Positions 63,465 to 64,000 of a stretch of 64,000 nucleotides of DNA are shown piece by piece. The stretch is from sequence record MZ443780.1; one strand, written 5' to 3'. The stretch's first letter is position 1; every line of letters starts with the position of its first letter. Under the pieces are notes generated by a model. It saw nothing but the letters and a program-made list of their open reading frames with translations. It did no database searches and had not been told where the DNA came from. Both the position numbers and the translations under genes were made by a program.

Positions 63465-64000
63465 TTAAGCCGCGTCGCCAGTGCCGATAGGAAGCATCAG
63501 ACGCATACCACGGTTGTCTTTACCGTTAGCGTTCATGCCAAGGTATTTGGTTTTGTTCGTCGCTTTCAGAGGGTTCAACTGAACTTCTGAGCCAGCAGAG
63601 AGAACGTCAGCAGAGGTGTAACCCAGCATGTCCAGTGTAGCGAAGTACACATAGCGCTGAGTGTTGATCATCTGCGGGAACAGAACGATAGCACGGTTGC
63701 CCTCTGCGATCATAACCTGCTGGAGCGGGTTAATGATAGGTGCAGTGTCCGGAGTAGGCTGCACAGCAGACTTAGGCTCGGTAGCAGCGAAGATACCCTC
63801 TTCGATTACAGTGTAGCGCAGAGCAGCTTCTGGCTTGAGCGTATCAGGGTCGCCAGCAAGGCCGCCACCGCAAGAGAAGATAGCAAACAGCGGGCTATGA
63901 TCGCCTGGGGTAGTATCGCCAGCTTGTACGCCACGCTGAACAACGAACCAGCTAAACGCTGTACCTTTGTTGTCGAAACCTTCTGCGTTGATATGCAGAG
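63465..64000 (-). CDS. Virion structural protein, partial (starts beyond the right edge)
   Basis: The frame of track ORF 63465..63764 stays open to the edge (LHINAEGFDNKG...WFVVQR...NTQRY...GYTSADV...GMRLM). Confidence 0.75.
   Translation of the reverse strand, partial: LHINAEGFDNKGTAFSWFVVQRGVQAGDTTPGDHSPLFAIFSCGGGLAGDPDTLKPEAALRYTVIEEGIFAATEPKSAVQPTPDTAPIINPLQQVMIAEGNRAIVLFPQMINTQRYVYFATLDMLGYTSADVLSAGSEVQLNPLKATNKTKYLGMNANGKDNRGMRLMLPIGTGDAA

Noticed and set aside
1-64000. tRNA genes, rRNA, integrase, transposase, portal, terminase, reverse transcriptase
   Set aside because: None recognised by eye; portal and terminase presumably lie outside the window. A tRNAscan/HMM search was not run.

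Overview
This window is one continuous block of a jumbo contractile-tailed (myovirus) phage genome, with every credible gene on the minus strand; the plus-strand ORFs in the track look like antisense shadows. In transcription order (right to left) it holds: two paralogous virion proteins and a 1377-aa virion protein; an NAD-dependent DNA ligase; a GT2 glycosyltransferase; a head module (prohead protease, zincin-motif protein, acidic scaffold/core, decoration-like protein, major capsid); tail completion, sheath and tube genes; hub chaperones and a tape-measure-like protein with a muralytic motif; hub and spike; a Nudix/MmcB-like/dTMP kinase trio; PAAR and wedge genes; and a long fibre cluster with four collagen-like paralogs, one ending in a Hint domain. 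The gene set resembles the 'hairy' jumbo myoviruses (Erwinia Y3/Alexandra, Dickeya JA11/AD1, Pseudomonas Lu11/PaBG), but that is inference from gene content, not a database result. The standout anomaly is ~1.2 kb (24781-25985) with no credible ORF in an otherwise wall-to-wall coding window. It is packed with hairpins, long-range helices and internal repeats and ends in a UUCG terminator, so it is a candidate large structured non-coding RNA I cannot assign to a known family. Other signals are a ~60-aa module shared by four unannotated proteins, a recurring S-x-S motif that may be a head-targeting or cleavage signal, a candidate late promoter GCTAATTT, and a three-gene membrane/periplasmic module. 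All product calls rest on motifs seen by eye; no searches or folding programs were run.
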